A stretch of 35,784 nucleotides of DNA from a virus (taxonomy: Duplodnaviria; Caudoviricetes). The position numbers and the translations under genes were made by a program. The DNA is taken from positions 1 through 35,784 of the IMG/VR virus record IMGVR_UViG_3300016476_000957. One strand, given 5' to 3'. Positions 16,960 to 26,440 of the stretch are shown one piece after another (within the stretch, counting starts at the first letter, position 1; every line of letters begins with the position of its first letter). The notes beneath the pieces are model-generated. The model worked only from the letters and a program-made list of their open reading frames with translations. It searched no databases and had not been told where the DNA came from.

Positions 16960-17981
16960 TTTAAATATTGCTGGTATTTAGGTTTTACTGAAACATTAAA
17001 TACATACAGATCTCTATTGTAAATTTTTATTTCCTTTCTACAGATTGGTTCTAAAAATTTAAATGCAGTACTATCCAGTAAATTATCTTGTTCTAGCTTT
17101 AAGATAAGATCTTGAGCATCCAATCTTTCATAACTATACTTTTTACTAGAAAGCCAAAACTGTACGTCTTTATTTCTATTGAACTTATATAAATAAGTAT
17201 CTATTTTTTTGAACAAATGCCACAGAAGATGATGGTTTTTAGTTAGATTAATTGTTGGTAATAACTTACTTGCAATTTCAAGATCATCATCACTATAGCT
17301 GCCCATCATATTTGATATTGTCTGAACTAGATCTTCTGTTAGATCTTGAATTGTTGCGGATGAATGCATGAAAGTATCAACATCAACCACTCCATTTAAA
17401 GATCCTATTTCTAATGCATAAGCAATATTCATTGCCATTCCTGTAATCATCCATGAATCATAAAGATTGGTTGTGTTACAATTCCAGCTGTTCACATGCT
17501 TACTCCATTTGTCATCATAAATACAAGACATACCACTTGAATCTACAATTGGAAGTCTACCTGATGTATCTTCAATTACATCATAATTCCAAAGCTTTGC
17601 CAAGAGCAATGTTGATTTAATAGTCTCACCATTATTAAGACTTTCATTTATATCATTATGAGATATAATGAAATCTGCTTTTTCATAGTCACCTACTATT
17701 ACAATATTATGCTCTCTTGCAGCAGCTTTTATTCTATCTAGAGATACCGGACATTTAGGCAAGACAAAAGCTCTTTTATAATTCTTCCAGTTTGTACTGA
17801 GAGTTTCTTTTTTAAGAGTAGTTTCTATCTTACTATATAAGTCAGGATCCTGTACACATACTACTGATTCAACAGTATCTAAATTGGAAGAGGAAAGTAC
17901 CCCATATACAGGGGCACTTCCTAATCCAAAGTGTTGTAATACTGTTTGATCCAAATCTTGGTAAACAGATTTACTTGCCAT
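16956..17981 (-). CDS. Hypothetical protein (BRCT-like segment), AAA/vWA operon partner
   Basis: 341 aa; AFVLPKCPVSLDRIK...ADFIIS; TAATG-coupled to the ATPase. Confidence 0.8.
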   Translation of the reverse strand: MASKSVYQDLDQTVLQHFGLGSAPVYGVLSSSNLDTVESVVCVQDPDLYSKIETTLKKETLSTNWKNYKRAFVLPKCPVSLDRIKAAAREHNIVIVGDYEKADFIISHNDINESLNNGETIKSTLLLAKLWNYDVIEDTSGRLPIVDSSGMSCIYDDKWSKHVNSWNCNTTNLYDSWMITGMAMNIAYALEIGSLNGVVDVDTFMHSSATIQDLTEDLVQTISNMMGSYSDDDLEIASKLLPTINLTKNHHLLWHLFKKIDTYLYKFNRNKDVQFWLSSKKYSYERLDAQDLILKLEQDNLLDSTAFKFLEPICRKEIKIYNRDLYVFNVSVKPKYQQYLK

Positions 17982-19252
17982 TACTTCATTGTCATTTTGA
18001 TGATTTCTGGATTCATCATCATTTTGTTAAACTTCTGCTTATTCCCATTAAAGATTGTACGTACAACCAAATACTTCAAATCATTGGTAAAATAATCTTT
18101 AGTAGACAGAGAGATCAAACGATCTGTAATCTTTTGGCTGATTGTATTATCCTTTGCATAAACAACTGCATAGTTAGCTAAACGTGTTGCAAGTGTAGAA
18201 GCAATGTCTGCTCTGAAGTTATCACCACTACCTACACAAGACTTAAGTTCACCCAAGATGTATGACTCATTATCATGTGTCAAAAGATCTTTAGGAGTAA
18301 CTAGCTTATCCAGTTTGTTATTGATAAATACAGTAAACATACTTGCAAATGCATCACCTACAGAACCTTCACCAATCATTTGAATCATGCTTAAGTTATC
18401 CTCAAATGATTCAAAGCTAGAAATAGCATTGAAGAAAGTTGTGATAGATCTTGCATTAGTTTCTGTTGTAACTAATTCAGGATGCATTAACAAGAAGTTA
18501 ATACAACGTGAGTCAATTCCTGCTTCTTCTGCCCAACGTGCCCATACATTAATGTCAAACTTTAAGTTTGCAGTAATATAACGTGTCTTTTGTGCAGCAT
18601 CCACTGAATTAACCATGTAGTCACCATTGTCTGGATTTGATGTCAAGATGATGTGCCAGTCTTTTGGAAGAGACCATGAGATATAAGTTTGACGGTCAAT
18701 TAATTCCATGACAGCCTGAATAAATCTTACATCAGCACGGTTCCAGTCATCTAGCAATAGAATGCCTCCTTCTTTTTTATCTGCAATCCATTCCGGTGCA
18801 CAATAAGACATTCTGTTCTTACCTGTCATCTTATATCCATTCTTTAGATACTCAGATACAGCAAGTTCATCAACCCAGATTCCAACTTTCTTAACAACAG
18901 TACCATTCATATTAGCAAGGTCTGTAGAAGCAGCAGCTCTTTGAGCAGCAGTATAATTAATTGTGTCTTGAGAATTTGCTGAAACAGCTTGTTCCTTATA
19001 CATCTGAAACTGACGTACAGGGAAACCAACTAAATCACCAAGCTCCTCAATCTGTGCTAAGTTTAACTTTACAAAATTTAAATTATGTTCTTTTGCAAGT
19101 TCTACTACAGTAGACGTTTTACCAATGCCAGATTCACCCATTACTTCAATAGCAACTGGTGGTTTACCTTGTGCTTGTAAGAATCTGTTGTTGTTAATAA
19201 TGTGATTTACGAAACCTTTAAGGTCATCAATGTTTAAATTTACTTGTGCCAT
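17981..19252 (-). CDS. MoxR/dynein-related AAA+ ATPase
   Basis: Walker A GESGIGKT, EELGDLVGFP, PEW, Walker B LLLDDWNRA, sensor-1 ILTSNP, DAAQKTR, NARS. Confidence 0.9.
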   Translation of the reverse strand: MAQVNLNIDDLKGFVNHIINNNRFLQAQGKPPVAIEVMGESGIGKTSTVVELAKEHNLNFVKLNLAQIEELGDLVGFPVRQFQMYKEQAVSANSQDTINYTAAQRAAASTDLANMNGTVVKKVGIWVDELAVSEYLKNGYKMTGKNRMSYCAPEWIADKKEGGILLLDDWNRADVRFIQAVMELIDRQTYISWSLPKDWHIILTSNPDNGDYMVNSVDAAQKTRYITANLKFDINVWARWAEEAGIDSRCINFLLMHPELVTTETNARSITTFFNAISSFESFEDNLSMIQMIGEGSVGDAFASMFTVFINNKLDKLVTPKDLLTHDNESYILGELKSCVGSGDNFRADIASTLATRLANYAVVYAKDNTISQKITDRLISLSTKDYFTNDLKYLVVRTIFNGNKQKFNKMMMNPEIIKMTMK

Positions 19253-19258
19253 AATTGA

Positions 19259-20419
19259 TTAATTTAATTGAATTGTTTTACCAGGTAAATAATCTACCAT
19301 TCTTGATTTGCTACTAAGAACCCATAAAGCATTCTTAGGACAACCTACTGGAGCAGAGCATTCACCATCTGTTAAATATATAAGAGCAGTATACCGCCCG
19401 TGTTCATTATAGTGATTTATAACTGGTTGAAAATCAGTACCTCCACGGCCTTTGATATTCCAGTCTTTTTTAGGATTAAAATCTTCTATAGAATTAATCT
19501 GAGTATCACACTGTGCAACTGTAATTTTATGTCCAGTCTTATGCATGTGATTCAACTCATTCATAAATTCTATCAGTTCTGCACTACTTACAGAACCTGA
19601 AGTATCAACACCTACAAGAATATGATTCTTGTGTTTAATCTTTAAGCCAGGGTTCTCCGTATATCTTTTGTTATACTTTCTCCTTAACTTCTTTGTATAG
19701 ACAATAGATGAATTACCAACAAATCTTCTTAGATAGGCTTTCCAATCAAACTTTGGTGGTTCAATTGTAAATAGTCTTCTAAAAATCTCTGCCAGTTCTC
19801 CAGGTAAATGTCCTTGTCTTTTCTCTGTTTGTTCAGCTGCTTCTTTAAGTTGGTGATCAATTTGCTTTTCAATCAACTTCTTTTCAGCTTCAGATAAATC
19901 ATCAAACTCTTGCCATGTCTTGTGATCATAAATACTTTCACCATCCATTTGACTAAGAATGTTTTCCAATGTCTCCGAGGTCCCATTATCACGGGCCTGC
20001 TGTAACAAATCATAGTATGTTTTTGTACCCGCCTTCTTAGGAAGATTCAATTCTGGAAATGTGTCCAGTGTTAAACCTCCTTCAGGCAGATACTGCTCAT
20101 CAATATATTGATTGATCTCAAGATCAGCTGCAATATTGAATAATCTGTGGTCTGGATACATATCCTTAACAGTCAAATGACCAAAGGCTATGTGAAGAAG
20201 CTCATGCTTCAAGAGACCAATTGTGTGTTCTTCTGATAACGGATTAACAAAATCAGGATTTATAGAAAGCTGAACACCAATACCATGTTTACTAACACCG
20301 GCTGTTGGTATATCTTTTCTATATTTTTTGTTAAGACCAATCAAGAACAGTCCATAAAAGGGTTCACTAAATATCAATAGCTTAGAAGCTTTTGATACTT
20401 TGTCAATTACTGCTTGCAT
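19259..20419 (-). CDS. DUF2201-type protein: HEXXH metallopeptidase-like domain plus vWA domain
   Basis: PFYG, PTAGV, HELLH, NIAADLEINQ; MIDAS DTSGS, GRGGTDFQP, YLTDG. Confidence 0.9.
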   Translation of the reverse strand: MQAVIDKVSKASKLLIFSEPFYGLFLIGLNKKYRKDIPTAGVSKHGIGVQLSINPDFVNPLSEEHTIGLLKHELLHIAFGHLTVKDMYPDHRLFNIAADLEINQYIDEQYLPEGGLTLDTFPELNLPKKAGTKTYYDLLQQARDNGTSETLENILSQMDGESIYDHKTWQEFDDLSEAEKKLIEKQIDHQLKEAAEQTEKRQGHLPGELAEIFRRLFTIEPPKFDWKAYLRRFVGNSSIVYTKKLRRKYNKRYTENPGLKIKHKNHILVGVDTSGSVSSAELIEFMNELNHMHKTGHKITVAQCDTQINSIEDFNPKKDWNIKGRGGTDFQPVINHYNEHGRYTALIYLTDGECSAPVGCPKNALWVLSSKSRMVDYLPGKTIQLN

Positions 20420-20796
20420 TTAGGCCATTTAATTTTAATAGATACATCTAGCAATGGTAATGATAGTGCATCTAATGATTGTGTAACTAATTTTTTAATA
20501 GAATGATAGAAGTACTCTTTAAGAACTTCATCCTGGATTAGTTCTGGATTTACTTTAACTTTATCATATAGATTATCAAATGATAATGCTGCAAGATTGA
20601 TAGAGTCAATTCCAAAACTATTCAAGAAATCTCTTCTTTTATAAGAGTTCAGATTCTTAGAAAGAAGCATTACATATACAGGATGAAGATCTAAATTTTT
20701 GATATTGCTTACCGCAATCTCATAATCTTCAGCACCTGCATTAAGCATGCGTTCTAACTCTAATGCTTCTGTAATGGAGATAGTTGTATCAGTCAT
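20407..20796 (-). CDS. Hypothetical helical protein in the AAA/vWA operon
   Basis: 129 aa, overlaps both neighbours. Confidence 0.75.
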   Translation of the reverse strand: MTDTTISITEALELERMLNAGAEDYEIAVSNIKNLDLHPVYVMLLSKNLNSYKRRDFLNSFGIDSINLAALSFDNLYDKVKVNPELIQDEVLKEYFYHSIKKLVTQSLDALSLPLLDVSIKIKWPKCKQ

Positions 20797-21136
20797 TTAT
20801 TTCTAGAGTTTTTTTCATCCAATCCGGACGGGACTTACTATTTAGATGAACTATCCATTCTTTAGCAGAAGGAATGTAATTATTACAGTCTTCTTTTACA
20901 TGTTGTTCACCTACATATCTTGTGTATACTGTTTTACCATCTGAGTTAGTAAAACTTTTTCCAAATAAGATCTCTGCTTCAAAGATTCCTTCAGAATGAT
21001 GACGGAATAACCTATGATTTGAATGACCAAGCCATGCTTTAGTCTCATCAAACCACTCATGAATATGTATATAATCTTCAGGTTTACCGCCAAACTTTCT
21101 TGCAGAGCTTTTAGCATGCAAGTTTGGATGGGCCAT
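20789..21136 (-). CDS. DUF6915-like His-rich protein
   Basis: MAHPxxHAKSSARKFGGKPEDYxxIHEWFDETK...HRLFRHHSEGIF...VGEQHVKED...IPS. Confidence 0.85.
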   Translation of the reverse strand: MAHPNLHAKSSARKFGGKPEDYIHIHEWFDETKAWLGHSNHRLFRHHSEGIFEAEILFGKSFTNSDGKTVYTRYVGEQHVKEDCNNYIPSAKEWIVHLNSKSRPDWMKKTLEIND

Positions 21137-21525
21137 TATATATCAAATATTGATACATCTTCCCAGCTATAGTCATGTGTAGTTCTTTGACTATATTCTA
21201 CGTCAGCTGTCATTGACTCAAGATTAATATCTATTCTGCCATAACCGCCATCATTATTATACCAATCAGCTCCTTCAATACATTCATCAATCAATTCATA
21301 ACATGCATCTCTTAATTTATTGTATTGTTGATCAGATATATAATCATTCAAATGTGGTTTGTCCTCACGTTGATAGTGGCTTATATAGTCTGTGCCTGTA
21401 TAAAATTCTAGTTCATCAATATCACCTGAATCACCAGAACCAGAAAAAGTAATTTCAATTTTTATTACGCCCTTGTCTTTTAGGTTTACTAAAAGGGGTA
21501 GTATCTCTTGACTGAGTTTTGCCAT
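21136..21525 (-). CDS. DUF6878-like acidic protein
   Basis: ITFSGSGDSGDID and DWYNNDGGYG; TAATG-coupled to the DUF6915-like gene. Confidence 0.8.
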   Translation of the reverse strand: MAKLSQEILPLLVNLKDKGVIKIEITFSGSGDSGDIDELEFYTGTDYISHYQREDKPHLNDYISDQQYNKLRDACYELIDECIEGADWYNNDGGYGRIDINLESMTADVEYSQRTTHDYSWEDVSIFDI

Positions 21526-21889
21526 TTGGATTTATTTCAATTATTACTCCTGGTTTATTTTTATCATATTGATAATCAAAAAACACTGGTTTAATGAATT
21601 CAACATTATCATCTTCAATCCATCCGTGTGTAACCATATCATCTTGTACGGTTTGAGCTGGATTAATATAGTCAAACTTGTGTTTGGTTCCCCTAATAAA
21701 TGTTAGGCCTATTTCTACAGGAAATGCATGTTTGGCTAATTCAGTTTTAAATGCTTCAGCATATTGAACATAATATGGTTTGGCAATTTTTCTATAATTA
21801 ACTACTGTTTTACTGGCAATAAAATATTTGCCGGTCCAACGTCTACCATTCTTTGAAGAGGGTACGTTTCCTGGTATAAAAAACTTCAT
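21455..21889 (-). CDS. RusA-like Holliday junction resolvase
   Basis: IPGNVPSSKN, FDYINPAQTVQDDMV...WIEDDN, DKNKPGVIIEI. Confidence 0.75.
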   Translation of the reverse strand: MKFFIPGNVPSSKNGRRWTGKYFIASKTVVNYRKIAKPYYVQYAEAFKTELAKHAFPVEIGLTFIRGTKHKFDYINPAQTVQDDMVTHGWIEDDNVEFIKPVFFDYQYDKNKPGVIIEINPNGKTQSRDTTPFSKPKRQGRNKN

Positions 21890-22866
21890 ACTTTATATAA
21901 TGCTTCCTTTAAAAGCGGTTTTAAATGTTGATGTGTTTGTTCAAAGCCATGTTCCTTTACTGCATCTGATATGTCTTTGCATATAATTAAGGCAGTTCCA
22001 TTAATATTATATGCTTTTGCATATCTTTCAATAGCTTTATGTCCTGCCTCATCATTGTCAAATAAAGTTATTATCTTCTTATATCTGAGTTTTAAGTTCT
22101 CAATGATATAAGGTTTAATAACAGTATTCTCACTGTCAGGTGCAATAACTTCTATATTATAACCAAATCCTTTCAAGCACATTGCATCTTTAAGAGATGA
22201 ACAAATAACTAAATAAGGTTGATCATATTTAAGTTGATCAAGTCCTTGAATATGTGACTTGAGCTTATGAAACTTATGCTTCTTCTTAAATGGTTGATAG
22301 ATTTTATAGGGTGTACCATCTTTATCACAGTAAGCATAAATATGCTCACCTTCAATTTTTAATTTACTGGTAGTCCCATCTTCATCTTTAAGCATAGTAT
22401 AGTATTCAAGAGGCTTGACATTATATTCTTCAAGCATTGTTTTACCTATTCTATAACTCAACCAATAAGCAGAGTCTAAAGTATTCCATTGTCTTGGGCT
22501 AATATTGCCCAGTTCCCATTTATGATGCGGGTTAAGCTCAATAGATTCAGTACCTTGATTCTTTATATAGACATTATAATCATGGACAAGCTTATCACAA
22601 GCTGTGGCATAATCAATATTAAACAACTCCATGACCAGGGTAATCTTATTACCAAACTTACCAGTTGAGAAGTCTTTAAATAAATACTGCATCTGAGCTT
22701 TATCTACATAGATGCAGAAGCTAGGAGTTCTTTCTGCAGAATTCCAAGCAGATTTTATTTTGACATCTTGCCCTGTTAGTTTTTCATGAAGTCCCAAATA
22801 ATATTGAAATACCCAATAGCTTGGAACTTGATTTACTTCAACAATAACGTTTTTTGTGCTAAACAT
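21886..22866 (-). CDS. DNA primase (Toprim, crAss-like)
   Basis: ERTPSF, FKDFSTG, KIYQP, SSLKDAMCL, APDSE, FDNDEAG, KDISD. Confidence 0.85.
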   Translation of the reverse strand: MFSTKNVIVEVNQVPSYWVFQYYLGLHEKLTGQDVKIKSAWNSAERTPSFCIYVDKAQMQYLFKDFSTGKFGNKITLVMELFNIDYATACDKLVHDYNVYIKNQGTESIELNPHHKWELGNISPRQWNTLDSAYWLSYRIGKTMLEEYNVKPLEYYTMLKDEDGTTSKLKIEGEHIYAYCDKDGTPYKIYQPFKKKHKFHKLKSHIQGLDQLKYDQPYLVICSSLKDAMCLKGFGYNIEVIAPDSENTVIKPYIIENLKLRYKKIITLFDNDEAGHKAIERYAKAYNINGTALIICKDISDAVKEHGFEQTHQHLKPLLKEALYKV

Positions 22867-22871
22867 AAATT

Positions 22872-22900
22872 AAAGAGGGAAGGCCCGGAGGCCCTCCCTT
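22872..22900 (-). terminator. Rho-independent terminator/attenuator between the SSB-like gene and primase
   Basis: Minus strand AGGGAGGGCC-TCCG-GGCCTTCCCT-CTTT. Confidence 0.7.
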
Positions 22901-22919
22901 ATTTAATTATTAATACTAA

Positions 22920-23585
22920 TTATAGATCAAAATCATCTCCTGTGTTACCAGTGGTAGGTTCAAAACTACCTGCTGATGTTGTTTCTTTCTTAACAAGTTT
23001 TCTAACATGCTCATCATAGTTAAATGTAAGCAATCTACCTGCAGTAGAACCAACAGCTTCAAGAGGTAAACCTGTTTTGGATAAACGAGGTAAGTGTAAA
23101 TCTACATTTACATAACCATCATTGTTTTCCCACTCACGGCCACCAATGCAAGCATTGATATAATCAGTGTTTTTGAAAATTTGAGCACATGCATTTGAGA
23201 ATTGCTCAAGAGAATTAGCTTCAATCATATCTACCTCATCTCTTTTACCAGTAACATCTGCTAAGAAAGCAATTGCTTTTACCATTTCATCTGCAGCTAC
23301 AATCTTTCTTCCTGTAGGAAGAGTTGTATCTTTGTAAGGATATGGAGACATTCTAACACGACCAACTTGACCTGCATAACGTGGGCCATTAGGATTGTTA
23401 GCATCTACCAAGAAACCTTGGAATTCTCCACCAACTGGTTCTGTTTCTACATTTAATGTGATATTAAATGCTTGTGGATCATAAGGAGTAGCATCAAAGC
23501 TTAAGCTATTGATTTTTACTTTGTGATTACCTGGTCCAATAACTGGACTTACTCTGTTTGCTGATACGTTTTTTGTACTAAACAT
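22920..23585 (-). CDS. Probable ssDNA-binding protein (OB-fold-like)
   Basis: PGNHKVKI N-terminal strand, acidic C-terminal tail GDDFDL, and position between the Sak4-like ATPase and primase. Confidence 0.65.
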   Translation of the reverse strand: MFSTKNVSANRVSPVIGPGNHKVKINSLSFDATPYDPQAFNITLNVETEPVGGEFQGFLVDANNPNGPRYAGQVGRVRMSPYPYKDTTLPTGRKIVAADEMVKAIAFLADVTGKRDEVDMIEANSLEQFSNACAQIFKNTDYINACIGGREWENNDGYVNVDLHLPRLSKTGLPLEAVGSTAGRLLTFNYDEHVRKLVKKETTSAGSFEPTTGNTGDDFDL

Positions 23586-23612
23586 GTGATTTGATTTTAA
23601 AATTTAAAGTTA

Positions 23613-24299
23613 TTATTCATTTTCATACTTCTGGATACATTCTTTGACATATTGAAGATCATTTGGGATCATCTCTTCATCAAACATACCCATTGGGGAT
23701 TTACAGGTTGTCTCACCATCTGTCTGTGTTGCAAACACATAGTTCAACTTACCATCATCTTCTTTAATTACTCTGCCAAACAAAACAATTGAAAACAAGC
23801 CCTCTAAGGTAAGGGAATTATCAATCATTTTACCAACAGTTTTAGCTTTGATCTTACGTTTTCCATTAATATCAGTGCTATCTTCTGAATGTGTTAAGAA
23901 AAACACATATAGATCATCTCTGAGGTCTTTTGGTGCTTTAGCAACAGCTGCAAGGTTTGCAGCAATAGAGGTAAATTTATCATAACCTTTCTCTGTTGCT
24001 TTGTCAAAATACTCAAAGCTTGACATATATTGCCAATCATCAATAACCAAGTTCTTGATGTGTGGCATTTTCTCATTAACATGCATCATTGCTTTTAATA
24101 CACCGGGACCAGAGGAAACACTTAAAAGATTTCCTTTAGGATTTTCTTTATCCAAAGTTGTGTATTTGCTTTTCCAACCTTTAAAAGGTAAAGGTTTGTT
24201 TGCAATGTTAATGATTACTGTTTCATTAGGATCTAAGTTCCTAATGGAAGTTGATTTACCTGAGCCTGACTCAGCAATTACTAATACACTTTGTGCCAT
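23613..24299 (-). CDS. AAA_24 / Sak4-like P-loop ATPase (recombination)
   Basis: AESGSGKSTS, KPLPFKG, VIDDWQY, GYDKFT, FLTHSE, KTVGKMID, KSPMGMF, IPNDL. Confidence 0.85.
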   Translation of the reverse strand: MAQSVLVIAESGSGKSTSIRNLDPNETVIINIANKPLPFKGWKSKYTTLDKENPKGNLLSVSSGPGVLKAMMHVNEKMPHIKNLVIDDWQYMSSFEYFDKATEKGYDKFTSIAANLAAVAKAPKDLRDDLYVFFLTHSEDSTDINGKRKIKAKTVGKMIDNSLTLEGLFSIVLFGRVIKEDDGKLNYVFATQTDGETTCKSPMGMFDEEMIPNDLQYVKECIQKYENE

Positions 24300-24310
24300 A
24301 TTTACTTAAT

Positions 24311-24847
24311 TTACTTTTTCTTGTTGTCTAGTTTACTTTCAATTCTTTCTAACGCATTAGCAATTCTGTCTAAAGCATTCACAATCCCTATATAGGAGAA
24401 TGTTTGATCAGGATCTGGTAGTTCTTGAAGATTTAAGATTTCCTTCACTTCAGATGCATGTCTGTTAGAAGCATCATTAATAACCTTCAACTCATTTACA
24501 GGAATCAAATATCTTTCAAAGCCTGCATTTGAAGTAGTAAGTTCATACTCTTCTTTCCAGTAAGGATTATTCTTCAGCAGATACAAAGTTCTTTTTGGAT
24601 CTTCAGAATCATAATCAATACTTACAAACTCTGTGTAAATATCTTGCCCCTTTTGTAACTCACTTGGGAAAAAACTGATATATAAATCATCTTTTCCAGG
24701 AGGTCTATACGCCATCTTTGGTATAAACAAAGCATCTGGCATTCCTGAAGTATCAAAATAATCTTGATGTTCAGTTCTTAATAAATTGACTTTTGATTTT
24801 CTTTCTTCTGGAGTCATTTGTTTTTCTTGATTTTTTGTGCTTATCAT
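24311..24847 (-). CDS. Hypothetical protein with C-terminal coiled coil
   Basis: 178 aa; ATGA-coupled to the helicase. Confidence 0.8.
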   Translation of the reverse strand: MISTKNQEKQMTPEERKSKVNLLRTEHQDYFDTSGMPDALFIPKMAYRPPGKDDLYISFFPSELQKGQDIYTEFVSIDYDSEDPKRTLYLLKNNPYWKEEYELTTSNAGFERYLIPVNELKVINDASNRHASEVKEILNLQELPDPDQTFSYIGIVNALDRIANALERIESKLDNKKK

Positions 24848-25797
24848 CTGGTTTGTATTGGAGGAGTTGCCATTTCAATAATTTCCATTTGGGCAAATAA
24901 GCCTTTAAAAAAGCTCATTCTTGTATCCCCATTACGTGCTTTTAGAAAATGTAAAACTAATGTTGCATCATCTTCAATTACATATCTATCTGGACCGTAA
25001 TATCTTATTTTTTGCTTAGCTGGTCTGTTAATACCAATTAAAGTATCAGCATGTTGTAACATAGCATCTGAACCAAAAATATCTGATTCAAGAATATAGT
25101 TACCGTATTTACCATCTACAGCTCTGTCAGGGTTATCAATGTTTCTATTAAGCTGTGAGAGCACAATAAATAAAACAGGATAATCCCTTTTAGTTTGTGT
25201 AAAAAACTCACCTAGTTCAAATAACATATCTAAACTGTTATTCTGGTAAGGTGCTCTTTTTACCAACATTGTGTGGTCAAGAGTTATAATGGTCCTTTGT
25301 CCTTTATGAACATCCATGTACATATCAATCTGCTCACGCATTTGATTAACTGTCATTGGAGTGCTAATAATATCAACAGGATATTTAACTCTACCTTTTG
25401 CATACTCATGACATTTATTTAACACATCATTAGTTAGTTTAGATCCGGCACTACATAACTCTTTGTATGTTTTACCAGTGATTGATGAGAACTCTCTTAA
25501 TGCAGAAGTTCTACCAACCATCTCAAATTGAAACTCTAAAGCTCTGAAGTTATCATGAGGATTTAATGAAAAAGATTCTCTGATAATCTGATCTTTAATT
25601 AGAGTTTTACCTGAACCAGGTCTACCTCCTATTACAGTAAGTGTATTCCATTCTAAACCATCTGTTGTAGCATCATTAAATTTTGGCCATGGAGTATATA
25701 TAGACTTCTCTTGTCCTGCAGCTCTTTTCTGCATATACTTAAGTGCTTCATTAAATGAATTATACTGCCCATTCCAGGCTTTTTCTGGTTTACTCAT
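24844..25797 (-). CDS. dnaB: DnaB-like (SF4) replicative helicase, catalytic domain only
   Basis: Walker A GGRPGSGKT, FEM, ITLDH, LSQLNR, SDIFGSDAMLQHAD, LKARNG. Confidence 0.88.
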   Translation of the reverse strand: MSKPEKAWNGQYNSFNEALKYMQKRAAGQEKSIYTPWPKFNDATTDGLEWNTLTVIGGRPGSGKTLIKDQIIRESFSLNPHDNFRALEFQFEMVGRTSALREFSSITGKTYKELCSAGSKLTNDVLNKCHEYAKGRVKYPVDIISTPMTVNQMREQIDMYMDVHKGQRTIITLDHTMLVKRAPYQNNSLDMLFELGEFFTQTKRDYPVLFIVLSQLNRNIDNPDRAVDGKYGNYILESDIFGSDAMLQHADTLIGINRPAKQKIRYYGPDRYVIEDDATLVLHFLKARNGDTRMSFFKGLFAQMEIIEMATPPIQTR

Positions 25798-26399
25798 ACT
25801 ACTTTCTCTGTAAAATGTTGTGTTTCAGTTTGAACACCATCTCTGACCATGTCACAATAATCAGCTAAAGTTGATTTTTTAACTTTATGCTTGTCTTGTT
25901 TTGCAATAAAGTATTGACTTGTTTGCATATAGAGATAATTATTTGCTCTGTATTCATCAACATACATCTTAGTTGCTTTGTGTACTTCTTCCCATGTATA
26001 ATCAAAAGTTTCAAAGAACCATCTAAATGATTCTCCTAAAGCTTTAGTATTATTCCGGGCCGGCATACCACTTGGTAACTTACCTTTTGGGAAGGTGTCT
26101 CTGTACGTCTCAATGTTTTGTACAAATTCTTTTCCCATCAGTTGGATGTTTGTCTTTTTCTTTGCTTTGACAAAATAATTATCCAATAAATAAATAAAGG
26201 CCATTCCCTTTTCTGTGATAGTTATTACTCTTCCTTGATCATTAAGATCATAAGTAATAAACTCTGCATCAATTAATTCATGAATACAATCTTCATGTTT
26301 AACAAAAGGGCACTGGACATTTTCTCTTACTGAAAATAAGAATAAACACGCATTAGGTGATATCCTGTATTCTAGTATTTTTTGTAATAGTTCCCACAT
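25794..26399 (-). CDS. Winged-helix-containing replication-associated protein
   Basis: LIDAEFI...ITITEKG wing motif; first gene after a promoter and ATGA-coupled to the helicase. Confidence 0.6.
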   Translation of the reverse strand: MWELLQKILEYRISPNACLFLFSVRENVQCPFVKHEDCIHELIDAEFITYDLNDQGRVITITEKGMAFIYLLDNYFVKAKKKTNIQLMGKEFVQNIETYRDTFPKGKLPSGMPARNNTKALGESFRWFFETFDYTWEEVHKATKMYVDEYRANNYLYMQTSQYFIAKQDKHKVKKSTLADYCDMVRDGVQTETQHFTEKVV

Positions 26400-26409
26400 T
26401 TTTAGCTAT

Positions 26410-26440
26410 CAAATTTACCAAATTATACTGTCTTTTCCAA
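26410..26440 (-). promoter_or_regulatory. Bacteroidota-type promoter for the replication operon
   Basis: TTG (26440-26438), 20-nt spacer, TAAATTTG (26417-26410), 10 nt before the ATG at 26399. Confidence 0.6.

Noticed and set aside
11292-25797. Inteins or self-splicing introns in polB, the helicase or the AAA ATPase
   Set aside because: Protein lengths are compact. The ATPase insert is only a few tens of residues and lacks C/S...HN splice motifs.
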